Shown here: positions 6,931 through 16,437 of the stretch, one piece after another
Numbering within the stretch: position 1 is the stretch's first letter
How the letters are laid out: every line of letters begins with the position of its first letter
Assembly (NCBI GenBank): GCA_964507945.1
Contig: CAZDRD010000001.1
Location: forward strand, 1-25,157
Length of the DNA stretch: 25,157 nt
DNA from: an uncultured Candidatus Saccharibacteria bacterium
GTDB lineage: Bacteria > Patescibacteriota > Minisyncoccia > Phycocordibacterales > UBA12088
Direction: 5' to 3'
Position numbers and translations under genes: made by a program
The notes under the pieces: generated by a model
What the model was told of the DNA's origin: nothing
The model's input: only the letters and a program-made list of their open reading frames with translations
The model's database searches: none

Positions 6931-7836
6931 ATGCGTCCCATATATTTCTTTTATGCGCTTTCGTTTGGTTTGCTGATCGCATTTGCGGGGCTCGGTTTTG
7001 GCGTCTACAAATACCGCGAGCTCGCCGCCGCACACCAGGAACTCGTGACAGCGTACCTCGGCAGTCAAACCACCGCCAACGAACGGTTTGCCGCACTTGA
7101 AGAAAAGGTGGGCATCGCGGTCAATGAAAATCAGGAGTTGTCAGCGAGCCTAGAGGAGCAGAGTAACAAAAACGAAGCGCTTCAGGAAAAATTGCAGGGT
7201 AAGCTTGAGGACATATCCGGCACCGTGGGCGATCTGGAAAAACTCTCGAAGACCGATCCCGAGATCTTGAAAAAATATTCAAAGATCTTTTTCCTCAACG
7301 AACACTACGAGCCGGATCGCCTCGTACAAATTCCCAATGACTATGTTTATAACGACAACCGCGTCGAGCGCATCTCGGCTCCGGTATGGCCATACTTGCA
7401 AAACCTCCTCAAAGCGGCAGAAAAAGACGGCGTCAAGCTCTATGTGAAATCCGCTTTCCGCTCCTTCGAGGAACAGCGCAACACCAAATCATCGTACACG
7501 GTCACGTACGGTGCCGGGACCGCAAATACCTTTTCCGCAGACCAAGGCTACAGCGAACATCAACTGGGCACCGCGGTCGATTTCATCACGACGGGCCTTA
7601 GCGGGCAACTTGATGGCTTCGATACGACGGCAGCATACACATGGCTTCAGGAAAATGCCTATCGATACGGTTTCGTACTTTCCTATCCTCAAGGCAACCA
7701 ATACTATATCTTCGAGCCGTGGCACTGGCGGTTTGTCGGCGATGCACTTGCTCGAGATCTACATCGCAAGAGTCAAAACTTTTACGATATGGATCAGCGC
7801 GATATCGACGCCTATCTTATCAAGGTGTTTGACTGA
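6931..7836 (+). CDS. Membrane-anchored D-Ala-D-Ala carboxypeptidase, VanY/M15B family, with coiled-coil stalk
   Basis: N-terminal TM helix, heptad-rich segment, SAFRS..EQ, SEHQLGTAVD (SxHxxGxAxD zinc motif), EPWHWRFVG. Confidence 0.88.
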   Translation: MRPIYFFYALSFGLLIAFAGLGFGVYKYRELAAAHQELVTAYLGSQTTANERFAALEEKVGIAVNENQELSASLEEQSNKNEALQEKLQGKLEDISGTVGDLEKLSKTDPEILKKYSKIFFLNEHYEPDRLVQIPNDYVYNDNRVERISAPVWPYLQNLLKAAEKDGVKLYVKSAFRSFEEQRNTKSSYTVTYGAGTANTFSADQGYSEHQLGTAVDFITTGLSGQLDGFDTTAAYTWLQENAYRYGFVLSYPQGNQYYIFEPWHWRFVGDALARDLHRKSQNFYDMDQRDIDAYLIKVFD

Positions 7837-7838
7837 GA

Positions 7839-7863
7839 CAAATCCCGCATGAAGCGGGATTTG
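7839..7863. terminator. Hairpin terminator between convergent genes
   Basis: 10-bp perfect stem CAAATCCCGC / GCGGGATTTG, loop ATGAA, directly after TGA 7836. Confidence 0.7.
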
Positions 7864-7896
7864 CCGTATCGTATAATGCAAGACTGAAGCAAAATT

Positions 7897-8085
7897 CTAT
7901 AGATTGCGTTCTACGGTCGTATCAGCGCGATCGGCGACTCGAAACAGAAGAGACGCGACGAACAAAACCAAGAACAGCACGAACAGCAGTTTTGCTACTC
8001 CTGCTGCCGCAGCCGCGATACCGAAGAATCCGAAGACACCGGCGATAAGCGCGAGCACAAAGAATATCAAAGCCCAGGATAACAT
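7897..8085 (-). CDS. DUF1328 (UPF0391/YtjA-like) small membrane protein
   Basis: [40 protein letters not shown] consensus. Confidence 0.88.
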   Translation of the reverse strand: MLSWALIFFVLALIAGVFGFFGIAAAAAGVAKLLFVLFLVLFVASLLFRVADRADTTVERNL

Positions 8086-8206
8086 AGCAAGTATTTTTAG
8101 CTGTTAATATCTTCCATTGTGAACGATCGGAAGTGAAGCCGCAGTGAACGAGTAGCGGGCCACAAAAACCCGGCATTGCAGCCTTTTCTCATGGTATACT
8201 ACGGGG

Positions 8207-9448
8207 GTGAAAGTACGGCTGCGCGCATTACTGAACGACACCTTTCTACGCCACAACGCGGTGTTTTTCATAGGTTCGATGCTCGTGGCTTTCCTCAACT
8301 ATCTTTATCACCCGCTCCTCTCGCGGCTCATGGAAGTCTCGCGCTTCGGCGAGGTGCAGGTGCTCTTTTCCTTATATACCCAAATCTCGGTCGTGCTCAG
8401 CGTTTTCGGTATGGTCGCGCTCAACATGTTTGCAAACAAAAAAGAGCACGACGATCTGCTTGAGACGCTCTCCACGCTCGTGATGTATGTCATGGGCGGC
8501 GGCATACTCGTATTGTTTTTATGCACGCCGTATTTGACACGATTGTGGCATTTGGAAACCTCATTCGAAGTGGTGTTGGTAGGACTTACCCTTTTCGTCG
8601 CCGCGCTTGCAAATCATGGCAGATTTTATTTGCAAGCAGAGCGGCGCTTTGCCGAGCTTTCGGTCGCTAACATGATCGCCGCGCTTGGCAGACTTGTCTT
8701 TGCGGCACTTTTGGTCATCATCGGATGGAATGCGTTTGGCGCCGTCGCGGGACTTTTCATCGCGACCTTACTTTCGTTCTCGTATATTTTTATAAAAACG
8801 AAACATGCGGTATCGCTTCCTCGTCCTAAAAAAATAGTTTGGAACGATCGCTTGCGGCGCGAACTTGCCTATGCGGTGCTGGTGTTCTTTGCAACGGGTT
8901 TCGTAACGCTCCTCTACACTGCCGACGTCGAGATCGTCAAATACCTCTTTCCTCCCGATATCGCGGGATACTATAGCGGTATCGCGACCGTTGCGCGTAT
9001 CATCTTTTTTGCAACCGGTTCGGTAGCGGCGGTGCTTTTACCCTACATCACCCTCACCGCAACCCCCAAGGAGAACAGAAAATACCTCCTCAAAGCGCTT
9101 GCCATAACCGCTCTGCTTGGCTCTGTGGGACTTAGCATCATGATAGTTGTACCGGAGTTTGTGGTGCAAGCCCTCATCGGAGCGCGTTATCTAGCGCTTG
9201 CATCGATGTTGCCGCTTTTGGCATTACACACGCTCGTCGTCGCCCTTATCAACGTCTTCATATTTTATTTTCTTGCGCTGCGTACCATGATACTCATACC
9301 GATAAGTATCGCAGGGACATGCGGCATCGGTGTATTTCTTTTCTTTTTTCACGCTTCGCCCGCACAGGTAGTCGCAAGTTTTCTTGCGGGCAGTGTCATA
9401 TCGCTTATCATGCTTGCGGTCATGTATGTCAGCTATGGAAAACACTAA
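8207..9448 (+). CDS. Wzx-like polysaccharide flippase (MOP superfamily)
   Basis: 413 aa, about 12 hydrophobic segments, LSRLM....FG, D...VKYLF...AGYYS motifs; GTG start with TGgTATACT 6 nt upstream; first gene of glycosyltransferase run. Confidence 0.85.
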   Translation: MKVRLRALLNDTFLRHNAVFFIGSMLVAFLNYLYHPLLSRLMEVSRFGEVQVLFSLYTQISVVLSVFGMVALNMFANKKEHDDLLETLSTLVMYVMGGGILVLFLCTPYLTRLWHLETSFEVVLVGLTLFVAALANHGRFYLQAERRFAELSVANMIAALGRLVFAALLVIIGWNAFGAVAGLFIATLLSFSYIFIKTKHAVSLPRPKKIVWNDRLRRELAYAVLVFFATGFVTLLYTADVEIVKYLFPPDIAGYYSGIATVARIIFFATGSVAAVLLPYITLTATPKENRKYLLKALAITALLGSVGLSIMIVVPEFVVQALIGARYLALASMLPLLALHTLVVALINVFIFYFLALRTMILIPISIAGTCGIGVFLFFFHASPAQVVASFLAGSVISLIMLAVMYVSYGKH

Positions 9449-10373
9449 AAAACATATCAGCATCGTCGTGCCGGTCTACAACGAAGAAAAAAATGTATTG
9501 CCTTTTTTCGAGGAACTGAAAAAAGCAACCGACCTTTTGCCCTATCGTTTTGAAACCATTTTTGTGGACGACGGCAGTACGGATCATTCGCTTGAGAACA
9601 TACGCCAACTTGGAAAGCTGCAGGAACAGGTACGATGTATTACATTTTCCCGCAACTTCGGCAAAGAAGCCGCGACCACGGCAGGAATACACGCAGCCCA
9701 AGGCGACGCCGTGATTTGCATTGACGCCGATTTGCAGCACCCTCCCGAAATGATCCGCTCATTCATCGATGAGTGGGAACAAGGCGCCGAGATCGTCATC
9801 GGCATACGCCGCGAAAGCAAGAGCGATCTCTGGGTCCGACGCGCCGGTTCCGCACTGTTCTACAACATCATGAATATGATTTCCGAGACGCGCATCGTAC
9901 CGCACGAGACCGATTTTCGTCTCATTGACCGCATCGTCGTAGAAGAATTCAATCGCCTCACCGAACATAACCGCATGACGCGGGGGCTCATCGACTGGCT
10001 GGGTTTCAGACGCCATTACGTGCACTTTGACGCGCACCCCCGTACGCGCGGCAAGCCTTCCTATTCGACGTTCAAATTGATCGAACTTGCATTTGCGAGT
10101 TTCATTTCCCATTCGCTCATGCCGCTGCGGCTGGCCGGTTACTTAGGCGTGATTATCACGTTCCTCTCGGGAATGCTCGGCCTCGTGATGTTTGCCGACC
10201 GATACATCCTCCCGATGGGATTCAACTTCTCGGGACCCGCGATACTCGCATGCATCATTTTGTTTTTGGTGGGTATCGTACTCACCTGCATCGGCCTCTT
10301 GGCATTTTACATCGGCAACATCCATACCGAAACACAAAATCGCCCGCTCTATATCGTGAGAAAAAAGAATTGA
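9435..10373 (+). CDS. GT2 polyprenyl-phosphate glycosyltransferase (GtrB/DPM-like)
   Basis: ISIVVPVYNEE, VDDGSTD, SRNFGKEAA, IDADLQHPP, two C-terminal TM helices, RPLYIV tail; start at ATG 9435 (312 aa). Confidence 0.88.
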   Translation: MENTKKHISIVVPVYNEEKNVLPFFEELKKATDLLPYRFETIFVDDGSTDHSLENIRQLGKLQEQVRCITFSRNFGKEAATTAGIHAAQGDAVICIDADLQHPPEMIRSFIDEWEQGAEIVIGIRRESKSDLWVRRAGSALFYNIMNMISETRIVPHETDFRLIDRIVVEEFNRLTEHNRMTRGLIDWLGFRRHYVHFDAHPRTRGKPSYSTFKLIELAFASFISHSLMPLRLAGYLGVIITFLSGMLGLVMFADRYILPMGFNFSGPAILACIILFLVGIVLTCIGLLAFYIGNIHTETQNRPLYIVRKKN

Positions 10374-10384
10374 CCATTTTCCGT

Positions 10385-11488
10385 ATGCACATCCTCTGGC
10401 TTTCATGGAAAGATCTCTCGCATCCGCAGGCAGGCGGCGCGGAAGTCGTGGCACATGAGCTTATGGGGCGGCTCGTTAAAGACGGCCACACGGTCACCTT
10501 GTTCACGGCAGGCTTCTCCGACGCCGCGCCAGAGGAGAACCGTGACGGGTATCGCATCGTGCGCTCGGGCAATCGCTACAGCGTCTATTGGCACGCATAT
10601 CGGTATTATAAAAAAATGCATTCGTCTTTCGATCTGGTGATAGAAGAAATAAATACCATACCATTTTTTACCTCATATTATGTACATGAGAAAAATATCC
10701 TATTGGTACACCAGCTTGCCCGGCAGATTTGGTTTTATCAGATGTCGTTCCCTCTTTCTGTCGTAGGCTACGTACTTGAGCCGATCTATCTTTGGCTTTT
10801 GCGAAAAAATACGATCATTACTGTTTCAGAAAGCACCAAGCATGACCTCGTGCGATATGGTTTTAAACGAAATCACATACACATCATAAGCGAGGGGATA
10901 CAGACAGAGCCGGCGCACAACCTCGCTCCACTCAAAAAATATCCAGCTCCTACCCTGCTCTCCCTCGGCGCGATACGGCCCATGAAGCGCACACTCGACA
11001 TAGTAAAAGCTTTTGAGATAGCCAAACAAAAGATTCCCGCTCTTGTACTCATCATTGCAGGCGACGGTTCAGGCGCATATGGAGAAAAGCTACAAACATA
11101 CGCAAAACACTCTCGTTTTGCTTCTTCTATCGTCACGCTCGGAAAAGTAAGCGCAGAAAAGCGTTTGGAACTTTTACAGCAGTCGCATGTCCTTGCGGCG
11201 ACTTCCGTTCGCGAAGGTTGGGGACTCGTCGTTACCGAAGCCGCAAGCCAAGGAACGCCCGCGGTCGTCTATGACGTGCACGGCCTACGCGACAGCGTAC
11301 GAAATGGCGTCACTGGGTGCGTCACCTCGCGCAATACGCCCCAGGCGCTTGCCGATACGCTTGTTGCACTTTTAAGCGACGAAAAACGATATGACATGCT
11401 GCGCACAGCCGCCTGGGGCTGGAGCCGTGAGATCAATTTTGAAAAAAGTTACGAAGATTTTTTGAAGATTATCCATCCAAAATCCTGA
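10385..11488 (+). CDS. GT4 family glycosyltransferase
   Basis: HPQAGGAE N-terminal motif, EGWGLVVTEA (EX7E); start at ATG 10385 just after upstream stop (367 aa). Confidence 0.88.
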   Translation: MHILWLSWKDLSHPQAGGAEVVAHELMGRLVKDGHTVTLFTAGFSDAAPEENRDGYRIVRSGNRYSVYWHAYRYYKKMHSSFDLVIEEINTIPFFTSYYVHEKNILLVHQLARQIWFYQMSFPLSVVGYVLEPIYLWLLRKNTIITVSESTKHDLVRYGFKRNHIHIISEGIQTEPAHNLAPLKKYPAPTLLSLGAIRPMKRTLDIVKAFEIAKQKIPALVLIIAGDGSGAYGEKLQTYAKHSRFASSIVTLGKVSAEKRLELLQQSHVLAATSVREGWGLVVTEAASQGTPAVVYDVHGLRDSVRNGVTGCVTSRNTPQALADTLVALLSDEKRYDMLRTAAWGWSREINFEKSYEDFLKIIHPKS

Positions 11489-11491
11489 CCT

Positions 11492-12316
11492 ATGCAAAAC
11501 CCGCTTGTTTCCGTGATCGTTCCGACAAAAAACTCCGCGCAATTTCTTGATGTATGTCTCGCCTCGATCAAAGCGCAAAGGTATCCAAACATTGAGCTCA
11601 TTGTGGTCGACAACTTTTCCACCGACGCGACGCAAGCCATCGCAAAAAAGTACACTAACAACGTATTTGAAAAAGGTCCGGAGCGCAGCGCACAAAGGAA
11701 CTTTGGCACAGCGCAGGCACAAGGTCAGTTTGTCGTCTTCATAGACAGCGATATGCACCTTTCACAAGGAGTTATACAAAGCTGCGTTGCTGCTATGAGT
11801 AATGAAAACATCAAAGGCATCATCATTCCCGAAGAATCATTTGGTGAAGGTTTCTGGGCACAATGCAAAAAACTCGAGCGCAGTTTCTATGTCGGCCTCG
11901 ATGCAGTCGAGGCGGCGCGCTTTTTTCGCAAAGTCGACGTTGATGCGGTACACGGCTATAACGAAGCATTAATATCGGGCGAAGATTGGGACCTCGCGGA
12001 CCGGATCGAGATGCGCGGACCTCTTGCTCGTATTTCTGATCTCATATATCACAACGAAGGGCGTATCAGTCTGATGCAAACGCTCAAAAAGAAATACTAC
12101 TACGCACAAAACGCAGGTCAGTACCTTTCGTACGCGACCGACATCCCCACTGCTGTCAAACGCAAACGAGGGATCATCGGCCGTTATGCCACCTTCTTCA
12201 AACATCCCCTCAAACTTTTTCGCAATCCCCTCCTCGGCCTCGGTGTGCTCTTTATGAAGACCTGCGAGTTTGGCGTCGGTGGCGTCGCTTTATTATGGTA
12301 TAAGCTGAAAAAATGA
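11492..12316 (+). CDS. GT2 family glycosyltransferase
   Basis: VSVIVPTKNS, VVDNFSTD, RNFG, FIDSD (DxD), GEDWDL. Confidence 0.88.
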   Translation: MQNPLVSVIVPTKNSAQFLDVCLASIKAQRYPNIELIVVDNFSTDATQAIAKKYTNNVFEKGPERSAQRNFGTAQAQGQFVVFIDSDMHLSQGVIQSCVAAMSNENIKGIIIPEESFGEGFWAQCKKLERSFYVGLDAVEAARFFRKVDVDAVHGYNEALISGEDWDLADRIEMRGPLARISDLIYHNEGRISLMQTLKKKYYYAQNAGQYLSYATDIPTAVKRKRGIIGRYATFFKHPLKLFRNPLLGLGVLFMKTCEFGVGGVALLWYKLKK

Positions 12317-13485
12317 AAGTGGCATTTTACATGACGACCGTACTGGAAAACGCAGGCGGTATGGAACAATATTTCATAGATACCGCAAAGGAACTTTCCG
12401 CGATGAAAGATACCACCGTCGATATCATCACGCTCGATGACCAGTTTACACTGAGGCTGGAGAAGATGCTCGATATCTATTATTTGAAAAAAGCGTATGT
12501 TAAAAATATTCGCAAACGTGAGGAAGTCCGGGCCGACATACGGTCACAGCTTGGAACTATTCCATACCACAAGATGCCTTCATTCAGAGCGCTTTCGGCA
12601 AAGCTTAAAGAATATGATGTCATTTATGCGAAAAATGAACTTCTTGAAGCTATGATATTTGCAAGCATTTTAAGATACGTGCATATGCCGCCGGTCGTCT
12701 TTTGTTGTGCGACACCGCTTGGTTATCCGCAGCCACAATCCATACGGGAAAAATTACACAACTTTCTTTATCAAGGCCGGATCTATGCATTTCTTACAAA
12801 AGGAGTGACCGCATTCCATGTCAAAAATATGCAGGATGAGCATATTGTCAAAAGAATGTTTCCCAAAAAGCGCGTGACAAAGATCCCAAATGCGATCAAT
12901 ATCCGCACCTTTACGGAACATGCGACAAAATATGTATACCCGTATCAATGGGATTCTCGGAAATTCAATATCGTATGGGTGGGAAGGCTCACGATGCAAA
13001 AAGGTATCGATCGCCTGGTGAACGTCATCAGAATGCTCAACGACGGTATACGGTACGATGAAAAAATCTTTTGGCATATCGCAGGAGACGGCGAAGAAAA
13101 AGAGACTTTGAAGAAAGAAACAAGGGACTGGAAAAATGTACATCTTCACGGTCATATACCCCATGAACAGATGCCAAGCGTCTATCGTCATTGCGATCTC
13201 TTGCTTTCAACCAGCAGATGGGAATCATTCGGCTTGACGCTCATCGAAGCGAATGCATCGGGCATACCTGCGGTTGCCTACGACATACCCGGACCCAACG
13301 AGATAATCGTGAACGGCCAAAACGGTTTTCTGATCACGAACGAACGAGAGATGGCGGATACGATACGATCGCTCATAGATCATGAGCGATATTGTTCCGA
13401 TCCGACAGAGGTCGTACGGAAGAAATTCAGTTCAGAACAGCATAGCGTGCACTTGTACGACCTTCTCAAGTATGCGGCGGGATGA
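12313..13485 (+). CDS. GT4 family glycosyltransferase
   Basis: AGGMEQY, VGRLTMQKG, ESFGLTLIEA (EX7E); ATGA overlap with upstream GT2. Confidence 0.87.
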   Translation: MKVAFYMTTVLENAGGMEQYFIDTAKELSAMKDTTVDIITLDDQFTLRLEKMLDIYYLKKAYVKNIRKREEVRADIRSQLGTIPYHKMPSFRALSAKLKEYDVIYAKNELLEAMIFASILRYVHMPPVVFCCATPLGYPQPQSIREKLHNFLYQGRIYAFLTKGVTAFHVKNMQDEHIVKRMFPKKRVTKIPNAINIRTFTEHATKYVYPYQWDSRKFNIVWVGRLTMQKGIDRLVNVIRMLNDGIRYDEKIFWHIAGDGEEKETLKKETRDWKNVHLHGHIPHEQMPSVYRHCDLLLSTSRWESFGLTLIEANASGIPAVAYDIPGPNEIIVNGQNGFLITNEREMADTIRSLIDHERYCSDPTEVVRKKFSSEQHSVHLYDLLKYAAG

Positions 13486-16435
13486 AAAAATATATCTGGC
13501 TCTATTGCTTGCGATCGTATTGACGACCTACCATCAATGGTTGTTCACGTTCTCGATCATCACCAAAGGCGACTGGCCGTACCTTTTTGTTGAGACGTTG
13601 AAAAGTCTTCGTGCGGATTATTTTTCGCTCTGGCTTTCCGACTTTAACTTTGGAAGAATCCTTCTGGATGTCGGGCAGGCGCCCACCTATGCAGGCGCTG
13701 GCATGCTTGCAAAATATTTCGGATTGCCATGGGAAGCGATCGAGCGGATCGTATATTTCTTTCCCGCGATCATCATGGGGGTGTTCGGTTCATATATACT
13801 GATTCGCAATATATTCAAAAGCGCCTCCGTCGCGTTTATCGGCGCTATCGTTTTTTCCTTCAATACCTACATCCTCACGCTCCAGACCGGACACATGACC
13901 TTGGGGGTGGCATTTGCCTTGTGTCCGATTTTATTTCTTCTCTTCAATCGCGCATTGAAACGAGGGTCGCTCACCGATACGATTTTGACGAGTCTGGTAT
14001 TTTTTGTGGTCTGCGCATACGAACCACGAGCGGCGTATGTGATCGCGATGGCGCTTGGCCTGTATGCCCTCTGGTGCCTTCTTCTGTATCGTACCCAAGG
14101 CGGTATGCAGATCATATACGTCTGCATGATTTTCGGAGTCATTTCTATGTTGCTCAATGCATACTGGCTTTTGGGGTTGTTGCACATTACCGACCTCACG
14201 CAACAGGACCTCCTCACGAGGACCTTGTGGGGTGGACAATATTACGATTTCTTAAGCGCTGCGACGCTTTTTCATCCGTGGTGGACGGGATCTGAAATCG
14301 CGATCTTCATAAAGCAATCGGTGCCGATATATTTCCTTTTCATACCTCTGTTTGCCGGTGCCGGACTATGGTTCGAGAGGCGCCGTCCGGTAGTGATTTT
14401 TTTCGGAATACTCGCGTTTGTAGGCATATTCCTTGCCAAGCAAGAAGGAACGCCGCTTCCTGGTCTTTATCCTTGGCTTTTTGCTCATGTGCCCGGTTTT
14501 AGCGCATTTCGAGAAGCAAGCAAGTTCTATTTTCTCATTGCACTGTCGTATTCCGTACTTATCGCTTCGTTTGCAAACTGGATTTGGAGGGGAGATGCGA
14601 TGATATATCTGACAAAATATACGAGAGTGGCGCTCTTGGGATGTATCGCGTTTATCTTTTTGGTCAATACCAGACCATTCATCACGGGAGACATACAATC
14701 GCTTTTCGTGCCACGAACGATACCGCAGGAGTATCTTACGTTTCGGGAAAAAATGCTCGTCGAAAACGATCGCTTCAACGTTTTATGGATGCCCATTTCT
14801 TCGCGTTGGGGTATATACACCGATACGCATCCGAAGATCGACGCGGTGACCGTTTCCGAAAATGCTTGGAAGCCATTTGTTGACGAGACGATACCTTCGA
14901 ATGAACAGCAGTATCGAATCATCAGCACGCTCCAGCATAATTTTTCGCACTTCTTACTTACGTCGTCTAATGTAAAATATGTCGTGGTTCCTCTCCAAGA
15001 TACGGCAAATGATGATGATTTCTTTATCGACTATGGTGGGCGGACGGATCCGAACATACGACAGTGGTATATCAATGCACTTGATAGCCTTCCCTATCTC
15101 ACGCGTGTAGACATAGGCACGAAGGAACTGGCCATCTATGAAAACGCATATTATAAGCCATATGTCCATGCATTCACGACACTCAGTACATTTCCCAATT
15201 TCGACCGTTTGGAAGAGCGATATGATTTTGTGACGAAAAATCTCGGTAAGGAATTTTATTTCATCGCGACCGATACGTCGCCGGTATACGCCGGAGAGGT
15301 TCGTGAAGTATTTTTTGACGTTAATGCACATCATATCCAAAATGGTGCGATCGTATCGTCCCCTCTTGATTCCACGCCCTATACCCTGTATACCCCAAAC
15401 ACCACGATGGTAGAAAAAATATCGGATGGCACGACGACCAGATACACGAGAAGCAATACGTCGACAAACGTCGTACGCAATGCTTCTTTCGAAGAAGGCG
15501 CCTGGACCGACAGGGTCGGAGATTGCAATGCATACGATGATTATCCACAGCTTGCTATGCGTCTTGTCTCCGATGCATACGCGGGAGATCGCGCTCTTGA
15601 GCTTGAAGCGACACGGCATGTCGCCTGCACCAATCAAAAGATACCGCTTGCCGGCGGCCAGACGTACCTGCTGACTTTTGCCTACCAAGGGAGACCCGCA
15701 CAACAAGCAGGATACTACCTGGGTTTCTTTAGCGACGAACATGCGACCAGCGCGTCCGAAATTATTAACGAACAAATTCCGATCAAAACCAATGATGAGA
15801 TGTGGCATGAATTCAAAAAAATCATACACGTGCCCAATGATACGATCGGGGCGTATCTGTATGTATACGCTTATGCCACCGACAACAAAAGCGTGAATCG
15901 GGTACGTTACGACACGATAGCGATGACGCGACTACCGAAAGATCTTTTCGACTATTGGCTTGTCAACGCGACGACGACTTCCCTCACCGTACCGCAGAGC
16001 ATTGCTTTTGAAACGGTACATCCTACAAAAAAATTGGTACATGTTAAAGGCGCGTCGACACCTTTTTATCTTGCGATGAGCGAAAGCTACCATCCACAGT
16101 GGCAGCTGGAGTTCGATAACGAGCACGTGCGCGGTTTTTTCAAAACATGGGTCCCATGGATAAGCCCGGACCGTATTCCTGACGATGATCATTTCAAGCT
16201 CAATGGTTTTCTCAACGGTTGGTATATCGATACGCAGACGTATTGTGTAAAACAAACACTTTGTACCCGCAATCCAGACGGCACCTATGATATGGATCTT
16301 GTTATTGAATTCTTCCCGCAGCGGTGGTTCTATGTCGGACTCGTTATCTCGGTGGTTACGTTCATCGGCTGCATCATGTATCTGATGTATGATTTCATAA
16401 GGCGCGACAGGCGTCGTGCGGCATCAAAAAAATAA
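13472..16435 (+). CDS. GT-C fold membrane glycosyltransferase (AftD/YfhO-like) with extracytoplasmic CBM-like domain
   Basis: 987 aa from ATG 13472; about 11-12 N-terminal TM helices, GDW in first loop, FSFNTY, FREASKF, CBM4/9-like NASFEEG segment, LNGFLNGW, C-terminal TM helix. Confidence 0.7.
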   Translation: MRRDEKIYLALLLAIVLTTYHQWLFTFSIITKGDWPYLFVETLKSLRADYFSLWLSDFNFGRILLDVGQAPTYAGAGMLAKYFGLPWEAIERIVYFFPAIIMGVFGSYILIRNIFKSASVAFIGAIVFSFNTYILTLQTGHMTLGVAFALCPILFLLFNRALKRGSLTDTILTSLVFFVVCAYEPRAAYVIAMALGLYALWCLLLYRTQGGMQIIYVCMIFGVISMLLNAYWLLGLLHITDLTQQDLLTRTLWGGQYYDFLSAATLFHPWWTGSEIAIFIKQSVPIYFLFIPLFAGAGLWFERRRPVVIFFGILAFVGIFLAKQEGTPLPGLYPWLFAHVPGFSAFREASKFYFLIALSYSVLIASFANWIWRGDAMIYLTKYTRVALLGCIAFIFLVNTRPFITGDIQSLFVPRTIPQEYLTFREKMLVENDRFNVLWMPISSRWGIYTDTHPKIDAVTVSENAWKPFVDETIPSNEQQYRIISTLQHNFSHFLLTSSNVKYVVVPLQDTANDDDFFIDYGGRTDPNIRQWYINALDSLPYLTRVDIGTKELAIYENAYYKPYVHAFTTLSTFPNFDRLEERYDFVTKNLGKEFYFIATDTSPVYAGEVREVFFDVNAHHIQNGAIVSSPLDSTPYTLYTPNTTMVEKISDGTTTRYTRSNTSTNVVRNASFEEGAWTDRVGDCNAYDDYPQLAMRLVSDAYAGDRALELEATRHVACTNQKIPLAGGQTYLLTFAYQGRPAQQAGYYLGFFSDEHATSASEIINEQIPIKTNDEMWHEFKKIIHVPNDTIGAYLYVYAYATDNKSVNRVRYDTIAMTRLPKDLFDYWLVNATTTSLTVPQSIAFETVHPTKKLVHVKGASTPFYLAMSESYHPQWQLEFDNEHVRGFFKTWVPWISPDRIPDDDHFKLNGFLNGWYIDTQTYCVKQTLCTRNPDGTYDMDLVIEFFPQRWFYVGLVISVVTFIGCIMYLMYDFIRRDRRRAASKK

Positions 16436-16437
16436 GC

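Noticed and set aside
13382-13471. Longer starts given for the GT-C gene (13382), GT2 (9384), GT4 (10250), pyk (22469) and the orphan (22439)
   Set aside because: They give long overlaps with upstream genes or promoters; downstream ATGs match the family N-termini
14954-15829. 291-aa minus-strand ORF
   Set aside because: Entirely antisense to the GT-C gene; no recognisable motifs or start signals
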